Shown: positions 13,708 to 23,659 of the stretch, piece by piece
Position numbering within the stretch: position 1 is the first letter of the stretch
How the letters are laid out: every line of letters starts with the position of its first letter
Source of the DNA: Heteronotia binoei
Taxonomy: Eukaryota
NCBI RefSeq assembly: GCF_032191835.1
Contig: NC_083227.1
Location: 24,800,001-24,864,000, forward strand
DNA length: 64,000 bases
Direction of reading: 5' to 3'
Position numbers and translations under genes: made by a program
The notes under the pieces: model-generated
What the model was told of the DNA's origin: nothing
The model's database searches: none
Seen by the model: only the letters and a program-made list of their open reading frames with translations

Positions 13708-13998
13708 GAGCCCCATGACGCAGAGTAGTAAAGTTGCAGTACTGCAGTCCAAGTTCCGCTCACAACCTAAGTTTGATCCCAATGGAAGCTGGATTCAGGT
13801 AGCCAGTTCATGGTTGACTCAGCCTTCCATCCTTCCAAGGTCGGTAAAATGAGTACCCAGCTTCCTGGGGGTCAAGCGTAGATGACTGGGAAAGGGAATG
13901 GCAAATTACCCCATAACAAGTCTGCCATGAAAATGTTGTGAAAGCAATGTCACCCTAGAGACAGAAATGACTGGCACTTGCACAGGGGACTACCTTTA
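13708..13998 (-). mobile_element. Sauria SINE (diverged)
   Basis: Reverse complement of the Sauria consensus: GGTTGACTCAGCCTTCCATCCTTCC...GCACAGGGGACTACCTTTA. Confidence 0.75.
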
Positions 13999-14006
13999 CT
14001 TGAGTC

Positions 14007-14449
14007 CAGAGGTCGTTTTGTAGAAAAATAGGTGGTGGAGCTCATTAGCATAACTCATTCGCAACCCAACACAAGAAAGGAGAGCCCTGGGCGAGTGAGG
14101 CCTGCTTGGGCTGACTAGAGATCCAGCCAACCCAAGCAGGTCTTGCTCGCCTGGGGCTCTCCTGGGCCACCCCCCCAACCCAGTCAAAAGGTCAGCAAGC
14201 CACCTGCCACCCAAAATCACATAAGAAGTGGAGAAAGGGTGACGTGGGCTTCTCCAGGGGTTAATGAGGGCTCCTGGGGGCATGGCAAAGCTCCTAGTGG
14301 CTGGCTAGCTGCCTGTTCTACTAATCCAGGGATTATTATGCAGCTGCACCTACTGTTCAATGAACAAGCTAGTTGGGGAGGAAGAGGGGGAGCCGTCAGA
14401 AAGGTTCAGGAGCTGTGCTCCTGTGAGCTCCTCCTGAATCTGAGGCCTG
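14007..14449 (-). mobile_element. Non-autonomous hAT-like element, 8-bp TSD
   Basis: TSD CTTGAGTC at 13999-14006 and 14450-14457. Confidence 0.8.
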
Positions 14450-14676
14450 CTTGAGTCTGTTTTAAAGGCTGAATTTTGTTTTAAAAGTTTAACTCTTAAT
14501 AAGCTTTTACGTGCATGCACGTTACCAGCAGATATGTGCCAAGGTGGCCTAGTCTCCCTCTGACTGCTGGTGCTGTCATAGTGAGGAAGCAGAAAGCAAA
14601 CGGACCACCAGCCCCCCCTACCTGAGGTGAGCTCATCCCAAGCCAATGGCATGTTCCCCTCGTGAGTTCCCCTCAC

Positions 14677-14893
14677 CTCTCCTGCCAGATCTGCAGCCAG
14701 ACCCGAATTTCCCCTGCTGCCCGGCTACTGCTCCAAGAGTTGCTGCTTCTCTAGGGGAAGCCAGTGTGGAGCTCCGCCCAATGGCACAACAGGAAAAGGC
14801 ATCATGATTTGCATCTCTCCGCCCCCTCCCCTGCTTGTCAAGTTTGTCTCTCTCTGGCCTTTCTAGGAGTTGAGCTGCGTCGCTTTAACCCTT
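14677..14893 (-). promoter_or_regulatory. Putative promoter/first non-coding exon of ZNF gene 1 (cassette copy A)
   Basis: Minus strand AAGGGTTAAA...CCTAGAAAGG, GC boxes, CCAAT, octamer at 14807-14814, and donor GGAGAG|GTGAGG at 14676. Confidence 0.5.
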
Positions 14894-14894
14894 G

Positions 14895-15200
14895 CAGAGT
14901 GATCCAGGTAGGCAGCCGCGTTGGTCTGAAGCAGTAGAACCTTTAAGTAGCACCTTTAAAACCAACAAACTTTTATTCGGAATGTAAGCTTTCGTGTGTG
15001 AATGCACACTTCTTCAGACGAGGAATGGGGTACAATAAGCAGAGCTACATATAGCTGCTGGGGTTTAGAATGCAAAGTGGTACAAAGTTAAAATCCAAAA
15101 GCAGAATAGTAAAATTAGGAAATTCAGAAAACCTTTGATCTGGGCTGCATTAGCATGGGAAACCAATAACACAGTCACATGTGAGAATGCCTGTTAATTA
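14895..15200 (-). mobile_element. Penelope-like element terminal (pLTR) fragment
   Basis: GTTGGTCTGAAGCAGTAGAAC...GCACCTTTAAAACCAACAAA...AAGCTTTCGTGTG..GCACACTTCTTCAGA; related pieces at about 13615-13700, 30810-30890, 36840-37010, 58465-58595, 61940-62070. Confidence 0.6.
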
Positions 15201-16217
15201 TTCTATTGCTAATGAGCCTGGGTCAAAATGAGGACATTTCTTTCCCAGAAGTTTTGCCTATCCAACTAATTTACCTTTTAACATGTAACATAAATAAATA
15301 TAATTCTAGTTTGCGATTATGAAAAAATGCATTAAAATATATTGGAGGATGGGTTTAGTATATGTAATGAGATAAACAACCAATATAAAATATCAGCCTC
15401 CCCTTTTTTTGTTTTGTTGTGTGTATATGTCTATATGTGTAAGTGTTTTGTCTCGACAAGACACTTATTCTATGCACATGCTTAATATTAATAACCTCAA
15501 TTGTAAGTTGACAGCACTAGATTAGTTTGAGCTTCAAAATCTGTTGACATTTATTTCATGATTGCATTGGATTTAGTCGATGGAGAATATTTTATATGTA
15601 TGGTTAATTAGTATTTTAATAAACATTTTGAATTACTTATTTTAAAAAAAACAAGGTTCAGAATCAAGTGCAAAGGTTTGGGGCCTGAAAGGTGGCTTTT
15701 ATGCATCTCTTGTTGCTTTGAGAAGGGGACAGTGTCTCTGCTCCAAAGGGATCTTATTGGAAGGTTGGGATATTTCACAAAGGATTTTGCATCTGAGTGG
15801 GGTGTGGGGGGGATGCCCAATTTTTAAAAAAGGTGGAATGTTTTAAACAAAACCTCTGTCTTATTTTAATGCATTTTTCTTTTAAGATGCTCATACCCTA
15901 AAGCAAAACGTTAACATAGCAACAAGAGAGGTGACAAGACAATTAAACAATGTGAAATAACATCCAGAGAGAGACATAGAAAGCCCTTAAGGGCAAAGCT
16001 AAGAAAAATCCAAAGAAAATATGAAAAACTAAACACCGAATTTCAATGCTGTCCCCCCCCCTTTAAAAAAACAATTTGGAACAGCTCTAAGACCAAGGGT
16101 AGGCAATTTTTATCCTCACAACCACCCTGCGAGGTAGGTTAAGCTGAGAGCATCTGATAGGCCTAGGGTCACCCAGCAAGCTTCTGTGGCAGAGTTGAGA
16201 TTTGAACTTGGGTCTCC

Positions 16218-16595
16218 CCAGGGCTTTTTTTTTTTTCAGAAAAAGCTCAGCAGGAGCTCATTTGCATGTTAGGCCACACACCCCTGACACAACCACTGTT
16301 TGCACAGGGCTGGCAGGAACTCATTTGCATATTAGGCCACGCCCATGATGTCAAGCCAACCAGAACTGCGTATACTGGCTAATGTCTAGTCTGACATTAG
16401 CCAGTATACCAAAACCAGGACCCAGATATATGAATAATACTTACCTTACAATGTTGTTGTATGGTTACAATAAAACCAGGGCCTTTTTTGAGCAGGAATG
16501 CATAGGAACATAGTTTCAGTTGGCTTGGTGTCAGGGGGTTTGGCCTAATATGCAAATAGATTCCTGGTGGGCTTTTTCTACAAAAAAAAAGCCCT
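16218..16595. mobile_element. Cluster of CAGGGCTTTTT-type MITE remnants
   Basis: CAGGGCTTTTT...CATTTGCATATTAGGCCAC and ...GGCCTAATATGCAAAT...AAAAAGCCCTG; contains octamer ATTTGCAT sites. Confidence 0.55.
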
Positions 16596-16776
16596 GAATA
16601 AAACAATGTATGTGAGGTGCTTGGAACATTCACTCTCAAATGTTATACAGAATCTCTATAATAGATTAGTTTTACTTCTCTTCAATCCCTGCCATCTCCA
16701 CTCTGAAACAAAGAAGGATCTCTTGTGCATTGGAGATTAAGAAAGACCTCTCTGGAGTTGAGACCTTGGGCCAACT

Positions 16777-16900
16777 AAAGGGTTAAAGCAGCTGAGTTTC
16801 CCATCCTTCTCTTCCTAGAGGGGCCAAAACACATCCCAGTGGATTCTTCCTCCTCAGGAGGAATCAGACAAAGAGCTGCCTTCAGTTCCTTCCGGTTGGC
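16777..16900 (+). promoter_or_regulatory. ZNF-cluster promoter cassette copy B, upstream of the ZBED ORF
   Basis: AAAGGGTTAA-N7-GAGTTTCC-N13-CTAGAGGGG plus 16/16 AGTTCCTTCCGGTTGG, shared with copy C at 29834-29951. Confidence 0.6.
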
Positions 16901-17112
16901 ATTTTTTTAAGAGCAGCTGCCGTGAATCAATAGGGGCTGCAGTTGCTGAGCTGAATGGAAGAGGTCTCGAGCGTTTTCATAAGGTTGTAGTTCATTTTTT
17001 AATTTAAAAAACAGCAAAATTGCAATACATAAGGTAGCCCTCCCCCCCCAACTCAAATAAGAAAGCATATTTTAAAGGAAACCCCCTTCCAAAGGAAGAT
17101 ATGGACAGAAAG

Positions 17113-17578
17113 TAGGGTTGCCAATCCCCAGGTGGGGGCAGGGGATCCCCCGGTTTGGAGGCTCTTCCCCCCGTTCAGGGTCAAAGTGGGGGTGGAGCAG
17201 GGATAAATCTCTGCTGGGCACTCTATTCCCTATGGAGACCAATTCCCATAGAGTATAATGGAGAATTGATCCACAGATATCTAGGGCTGGGGGGGGGGGC
17301 TGTTTTTTGAGGTAGAGGCACCAAATTTGTAGCATAGCATCCAGTGCCTCTCCTCAAAACACCCTCCAAGTTTCAAAAGAATTGGGCCAGGGGGTCCAGT
17401 TCTATGAGGCCCAAAATGAGGTCCCCCTATCCATTATTTTTAATGGAGGGACGGCATTGAAAAGGTGTGCAGTTCCTTTCAATGTGATGACCAGAACTCC
17501 ATTTGCTTGTCACAACCTTGCTCCTGGCTCCACCCCCAGAGTCTCCAGATATTTCTTGAATTGGACCTGACAACCCTA
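17113..17578. mobile_element. Non-autonomous hAT element with TAGGGTTGCCA TIRs
   Basis: TAGGGTTGCCA / TGACAACCCTA; TSD ACAGAAAG / GCAGAAAG (7/8); related copy at 56876-57399. Confidence 0.8.
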
Positions 17579-18454
17579 GCAGAAAGATATATATTGGCTG
17601 CAAGAAAGCAAGAACTGAAATGACAAGCCCAGCAGGCTCATGACTTTGAAAAGAGAGAGGAAGAGTAGATAATGCAATACCCAAGTTACCCACCCACACA
17701 CAGGATGCTTCACCCCCCCCCCCTCCCCAGGGCAAGAGGAAATCAATTCCCCACAGAATTCCCTCTCTTCGAGGCACAAAGCAAGGAAAGATGCAAATGA
17801 GACAAAATGTGGGAAATCTCGAAAATCATCAAACCACCCCAGGAAATCCTTTAGCTCATCCCCACATTCTTAGGGGGCATCTACAGTCCCACTGAGAAAG
17901 ATGGACCAGAAATGAAAATCATCACAGAATTTAAAAGCCCTTTTTTTGATTCTCAGGTAGTTTTCTCCATCACTTTAAATTGGCCAATTCTTCACTAGAC
18001 CTTTAATCCTGGTTCAGCCTCGTCCCCAAACTGACATTCTACACTTAAATCGTGGAACCATAGAAACCCTCTCTATGAGCTTACGATTCTGTGATTCTAG
18101 TGTAGAAAATCAGTGTGGGGACAGGACTGTACTAGGATTAAAGGTCTAGTGTGGAATTGGCCTTTTTTTCCAAAGCACCCATTCAGGAAATGCTATGTTC
18201 TCCAGGCAGGTCTTCTTGACAATTCACCCATTTCTGCTTTTGTTCTTTGCAGCTCCACTGATGAGTCAGAGGGTTCCAGAACCATGCTGAAATCCTGCAA
18301 CTCATTTGCGGGCTCTGTCATATGAATGCTCCAGCCGTTGCCTTTCCAGGTACTGCAAGACCTTGGATATAATTGCTGTTACTAAATCTGTTAAGAGATT
18401 TCTTTTGTAGGTGTTTTCACACCCTAAAATGACATTGTGGCTTCTGCTCACTTA

Positions 18455-18745
18455 GAATAGAATCATAGAGTTGGAAGGGACCTCCAGGGTCATCTAGTCC
18501 AACCCCCTGCACAATGCAGGAAACTCACAAATACCTTCCCCTAAATTCACAGGATCTTCATTGCTGTCAGATGGCCATCTTGCCTGTTTAAAAACCTCCA
18601 AGGAAGGAGAGCCCACCACCTCCTGAGGAAGCCTGTCCCACTGAGGAACCGCTCTAACGGCGAGGAAGTTCTTCCTAATGTTGAGCCGGAAACTCTTTTG
18701 ATTTCATTTCAACCCATTGGTTCTGGTCCTACTTCCTGAGGCCAC
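18455..18745 (-). mobile_element. CR1 3' end (second subfamily)
   Basis: TAGAATCATAGAGTTGGAAGGGACC...GTCATCTAGTCCAACCCC tail, the reverse complement of the canonical CR1 (ATTCTRTG)n end. Confidence 0.75.
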
Positions 18746-19726
18746 AGAAAGCTTCCCTCCTTCCTGGGGGCTGTCAATGTCAGCTGTTAGTTGGGGCTTG
18801 GAGAGAGGGTTGCCAGGTTTGACTCAGAAATATCTGGGGAACTTTGGGGGCGGAGCCAGGAGCAAGGGTGTCTTAAGCATGATTGAACTCCAAAGGGAGT
18901 TCTGGCCATCACATTTAAAGGGAAACGCCTTCCAAAGGAAGAGATGGGCAGAAAGATATATATTGGGTGCAAGGAAGAACTGAAATGACAAGCCCAGTAG
19001 GCACATGACTTGGAAGGGAGGGAGGAAGAGTAGATACGCAATACCCAAGTCACACACCCACACCTGGTGCTTCACCCCCTCTAGGCAGGGCTGGATTAAC
19101 AATTAGGCCAAGTAGGCACTGGCCTATGGCCCCCACACCTTTAGGAGCCCCAGAATGGCTCTCCTCCCATTTCCCGCCCTGCTTGCAGCCCTCCCAGCCT
19201 CCACACGCAGCCAGCTTCTGGGAAGACAGCAAGCAGGCGGAAAACCAGGGGGGAAAGCCAGCCTGGGGCCCTAAAGGCATGGGGGCCATAGGCCAGTGCC
19301 TACATGGTCTAATTGTTAATCCAGCCTTGCCGCTTGGTCTCATCTGGCAGGGCTCTTCTGGTGTTTGTATTCAAACTCAAGTAGATAATCATGAAAGATG
19401 ACTGGTGAGGCAAGGGGAATCTTTTTGGTGAGAGCTGGAACAGTCCTTCCTTCTTTAAATCTCTCGACTTCTGCCTCTCTTTTGTCCCCCATGCCTATTT
19501 CTACCCCACCCCCCATATACTTCTCTGCCTAAACCTGAGCTTTCGTTGCCACTGATTTGTCCATCTCTAGTATGAGCAATATGTCAAAAATAAAAATACG
19601 TGCCTGTAGAACATATTTACATCATTTAAAAATATTTTCTTTATTTATAAGCTGCCTTTCTTCCCAGTGGGGAGCCAAAGCGGCTTATATTGTTTTCCTC
19701 TGCTCCTTTTTTATCTTTGCAACAAC

Positions 19727-19897
19727 CAGGGGTAGAATTCTAGCAGGAGCTCCTTTGCATATTAGGCCACACACCCATGATGTAGCCAATCCTCCAAGAG
19801 CTTTAAAAAAAGAGCCCTATAAGCTCTTGGAGGATTGGCTACATCAGGGGTGCGTGGCCTAATATGCAAAGGAGCTCCTGCTAGAATTCCACCCCTG
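19727..19897. mobile_element. 171-bp palindromic hAT MITE, 8-bp TSD
   Basis: Near-perfect hairpin; TSD GCAACAAC at 19719-19726 and 19898-19905. Confidence 0.88.
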
Positions 19898-20093
19898 GCA
19901 ACAACCCTGTGAGACAGGTGAGGCTAAGACTGTGTGACTGGCCCAAGGTTACCCAGCAAGTTTCCCTGGCAGAGTGGGAATCAAACTTGTGTTTCCCAGA
20001 TCTTAATCTGACCTTTTAACCAAGATACCACACCTGCTGTTTAGGTCACTGAGTACTGTTACTCTGTGAGAGCAGAAATATTTATTGTATATA

Positions 20094-20372
20094 GAGCCAG
20101 TTTGGTGTAGTGATTAACTGTGCGGACTCTCATCTGGGAGAACCAGGTTTGATCCCCCACTCCTCCACTTGCACCTGCTGGAATGGCCTTGGGTCAGCCA
20201 TTGCTATCGCAGGAGTTGTCCTTGAAAGGGCAGCTTCTGTGAGAGCTCTCTCAGCCCCACCCACCTCACAGAGTATCTGTTGTGGGGGAAGAAGATAAAG
20301 GAGATTGTAAGCCACTCTTGAGTCTCTGATTCAGAGAGAAAGGCGGGGTATAAATCTGCAATCGTTGTCGTC
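20094..20372 (+). mobile_element. tRNA-derived SINE family A
   Basis: AGAGCCAGTTTGGTGTAGTG head, B box GGTTTGATCCCC. Confidence 0.8.
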
Positions 20373-20528
20373 TAAAGGCCATCACAATGGAAAATCAAGC
20401 GCATAATCTGTTACTCTGTGTCAGCATAGGATTTGAATTGGTTGCAGGTCTTAATCTTCAGTGGCACAAACTGTATCCCTTCAGGTGGGTAACTGCCTTT
20501 TACAAAATCTGTTTTCAGGAATCCAAAC

Positions 20529-23033
20529 ATGAAGCGCCTCACGCGGTCTGCCATCGCCTCAGGCGCCATTACCATGGTAGCTCCAGAGATGCTCCCGAGA
20601 CCTTATCGGTGCCGCAGAACTCTCACCACAGACAAAGCCACGGTGCCCTTGGAGCACAATTTGTCTCAGGTGGTGAAAAAGACTGAGGATCCCGCCTCCC
20701 AGATGTGTTTGGAACTTCCTGACTCTAAGCTGCTCGCAGCTGATCTGAAGATGGAGGGTGTTGAAGGGGAGGAGCTGGGTTTGCCCACAGTGGCTCCCTA
20801 TCATACCGTCACCTTGTGGGAATGCCCGGCGAGTAACCCCGCCTCGACGTCAGGTGTGTGCAGCGCAGAATCGGAGCTCACCCCCTCGCCGCCAAAGCGC
20901 CGGAGGACCACGTCCTACGTGTGGGAGCACTTCAGCATCGACAACCGAGACAGGTTCGTGGTCGTGTGCAACCGTTGCCGAATGCGGGTGAGGCTTGGCA
21001 AGGAGGGTGGTTGCGGGAGGGTCGGGACCTCCGCTATGCACAAACACCTGCAGATCCACCACCCTTTCCTCGTGCTGCCAAAGAAGGATGGGGTGGCATC
21101 TCCAGGGGTCACGCCAGTAGCAAAGTCCCCCCAGAACACGACGACCACACCGGATCTGGCATCGCCACGAACTGCCGGGGTGGAGTCAACAACATTGCAA
21201 CTGACTGCTGATGAGCTGCGGGAGGGAAACCAATACCTTTCTCCGTTTGACCCTCTGGCTCTGCAGTACAACAGATTTTTGGCCGAGTATCTGGCTGAAG
21301 GGATGTTGCCCTACTCCACTGTAGAGGAACCTTCATTTCTGAGGATGCTGAAGCACCTCCAACCAGGTTGGAGAGTCCCTGGACACACCTACTTTGCAAC
21401 CCGTGCTGTCCCGGCTTTGTCAGCTGCGATCAAGACTGCCATGCAACGTGAGTTAGAGCTATCCATTGACCCAGTGGTGCCCCTCGCAGTAAGCATCTGG
21501 ACTAGCAACAGGAGGCAGGACTACATGACAGTGACGGCCCACTGGGTCTTGGACACAGTCGGTGTTCTGGTCCGGCGCCGTGCCACCCTGGCCGTGTGCA
21601 GCTTTGAAGAGAGTCCCGCCACCGGCAGTATCGCCCGTAAGATGAAAGCGGTGGTCAGCCAGTGGCTGGACCCCTTGCACCGGGAAGCACGCTATGTGGC
21701 TTGTGATGGTGGGGCCACCATGGAAAAGGCAATGGCGGATTCCAATCTGCATCCCATCCCTTGCATCTCCCGCTGCCTTGATCTGGTCGTGGAGAGGGTG
21801 TTGGAGCAGGCTGGTACGGAGGTCGATAGGGTACTGGGGAAGGCTCAGAAAGTTGTCAGCCACTTCCAAAGGTCACGCAAAGCCCGCCGCCGTCTGGCAG
21901 AGCTTCAGGCCCTGCACAGTCTCCCGCAAGAGCCACTGAGACTCAACGAGCAGGATCCAGTTGGGTGGAACACCACCCTTGAGATGGTGGAGCAACTGTG
22001 CACTCACCAGCGAGCCGTCGACGATTACCTGATTGAGAACAGGGAGCTCTGTCTGACATCCAGGGACTGGAGGCTGATGCGGGAGGTGGTGCGGCTGCTG
22101 GAAGTCTTTAAGGAGGCCACCGGTGTCATTCTCCGCAGAGATAACGCGACTCTGGGCCATGTCCTGCCCTTACTCCGTGTCATTGAAGGGTACGTGGAGG
22201 ACTTCTTGGATCAGGCCCGTCAACAGGGCGATGATGGCGCAGCAGCTGCCTGTCTGGCATCTGACTTACTGCAGGCCCTGAACGAGAGCAGACAATTGAC
22301 CGAGGTCAAGGGAAATATACTTTACCAAGCGGCAAGCTTCCTAGACCCTCGTTTCAAGGACTCCATGTCCCAGTTTTTGGTGGGGGATGCAGAGTACCAG
22401 ATTGAGGCTGTAAAGGAGCATGTGATCCAGCTGACGACGACAGAGGTGTGTCAGAAAAACCTGCCCCTGGACAAATCCATCAGTGGCCTCGAGGGGTCTC
22501 CAGCACTTGAAGAAGCACTGTTGTCTCCTCTGCCCCCGACGGGCAGCACCTCCTCGTGCTCGTCCCCTGAGAGCAGTGGCATTTGGACAAAATGGTGTGT
22601 GAGGCTTGGCTTGACTAAGGCTCCACACCCCAGTTCTGGGTCCCCCCCAGATGCCGCGTTGGTAGCCAGAGAAGAGGTGGGGGCCTACGTACGGGATTAT
22701 GTCGGATACATCGGGGCAAATACAGACCCCTTAATCTACTGGCAGCGGAAGCGGCATGCCTGGCCCTCTCTCTTCCTCGTGGCCCTCCGCTACGCCTCCT
22801 GCCCTCCCACCAGCATCTCTTCCAAGACGCTTTTCAGTGCCGCAGTGCCTGACATGAATGCGAATCTGGCTCGCCTCTCTCTTAACACTGCTGAGGTTCT
22901 GTCGTTCATCCGCATGAATCGGCAGTGGATTCCGGAAGGCTTTATGGCCCCACCTCCTATTTCCATAAATAGGAGGGTGAACCCCCCACACACTGAGGAT
23001 GATGGGAAGGAGGAGGAACCTGTGTTGGCCTGA
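20529..23033 (+). CDS. ZBED-like protein: BED finger + hAT (Ac-type) transposase core + hATC dimerisation domain, predicted catalytically inactive (834 aa)
   Basis: NLS-like PPKRRR; BED finger SYVWEHF...CNRC...GTSAMHKHLQIHH; hAT motifs IWTS, CDGG, WNTT, LDPRFK, DPLIYW...WPSL...PPTSISSKTLFS; single ORF; acceptor TGTTTTCAG at 20510-20518. Confidence 0.9.
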   Translation: MKRLTRSAIASGAITMVAPEMLPRPYRCRRTLTTDKATVPLEHNLSQVVKKTEDPASQMCLELPDSKLLAADLKMEGVEGEELGLPTVAPYHTVTLWECPASNPASTSGVCSAESELTPSPPKRRRTTSYVWEHFSIDNRDRFVVVCNRCRMRVRLGKEGGCGRVGTSAMHKHLQIHHPFLVLPKKDGVASPGVTPVAKSPQNTTTTPDLASPRTAGVESTTLQLTADELREGNQYLSPFDPLALQYNRFLAEYLAEGMLPYSTVEEPSFLRMLKHLQPGWRVPGHTYFATRAVPALSAAIKTAMQRELELSIDPVVPLAVSIWTSNRRQDYMTVTAHWVLDTVGVLVRRRATLAVCSFEESPATGSIARKMKAVVSQWLDPLHREARYVACDGGATMEKAMADSNLHPIPCISRCLDLVVERVLEQAGTEVDRVLGKAQKVVSHFQRSRKARRRLAELQALHSLPQEPLRLNEQDPVGWNTTLEMVEQLCTHQRAVDDYLIENRELCLTSRDWRLMREVVRLLEVFKEATGVILRRDNATLGHVLPLLRVIEGYVEDFLDQARQQGDDGAAAACLASDLLQALNESRQLTEVKGNILYQAASFLDPRFKDSMSQFLVGDAEYQIEAVKEHVIQLTTTEVCQKNLPLDKSISGLEGSPALEEALLSPLPPTGSTSSCSSPESSGIWTKWCVRLGLTKAPHPSSGSPPDAALVAREEVGAYVRDYVGYIGANTDPLIYWQRKRHAWPSLFLVALRYASCPPTSISSKTLFSAAVPDMNANLARLSLNTAEVLSFIRMNRQWIPEGFMAPPPISINRRVNPPHTEDDGKEEEPVLA

Positions 23034-23659
23034 GTCGTCAACAGATAATTGTGGGACTCTAGTCTTCAAGCCTCTTTTGTTATCGGTGTCTTTTTTACGT
23101 AAAGACCCCTCTAGAATGGTGTATAAAATATGAGCAGTTGAATTAGGATTGGTGGACCAGTTAAATCGGGAGTATTTGTCTTCTCTCTTTGTTTTCTTTT
23201 CGTTTTTGAGTGGGGCAGGTGATGTTTCCTGGCTCTCAAGCCCAGCACTTGAGCAAAGCTTCTCCTACTGGCCACCTGCTAGAATTGCATCTCGATACAG
23301 GAAGCATTGGCCTTTAAAAACTGCTGGTTTTTTTCCCCCCTGTGACTTTCCTTTAATTTTATTTAAAAAAAAAAAAAAGCACTAACACTGTAACCGTAGG
23401 CTGAGTTCTGGTGTTCCAGGCTAAAAGCTGCTGACCAAAAAAAGTATTCTGCCAATCATTCATATTTCTACAAATATCAAGTAACCTTATTAAATGTTTG
23501 TAATTTATTAAAATTTCTTTTTTAAAAGTTAACTTGAATTCCTTTGCAGCAAACTCCTGTGTGGCATGATGATTGTTTGCATCAAAACTGCTGATGATTA
23601 AAGCAACTTTTCAAGTTAATTTATTGATAAATAAAGGTAGACAGGTGAACCGCTGTAGT

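Noticed and set aside
20529-23033. Assigning the symbol ZBED1, ZBED4 or ZBED6
   Set aside because: Single BED finger and ZNF-cluster context; orthology cannot be established without a phylogeny or synteny search.
20387-23069. Many overlapping or antisense ORFs across the ZBED CDS
   Set aside because: Shadow ORFs expected from GC-rich coding sequence; no recognisable motifs.
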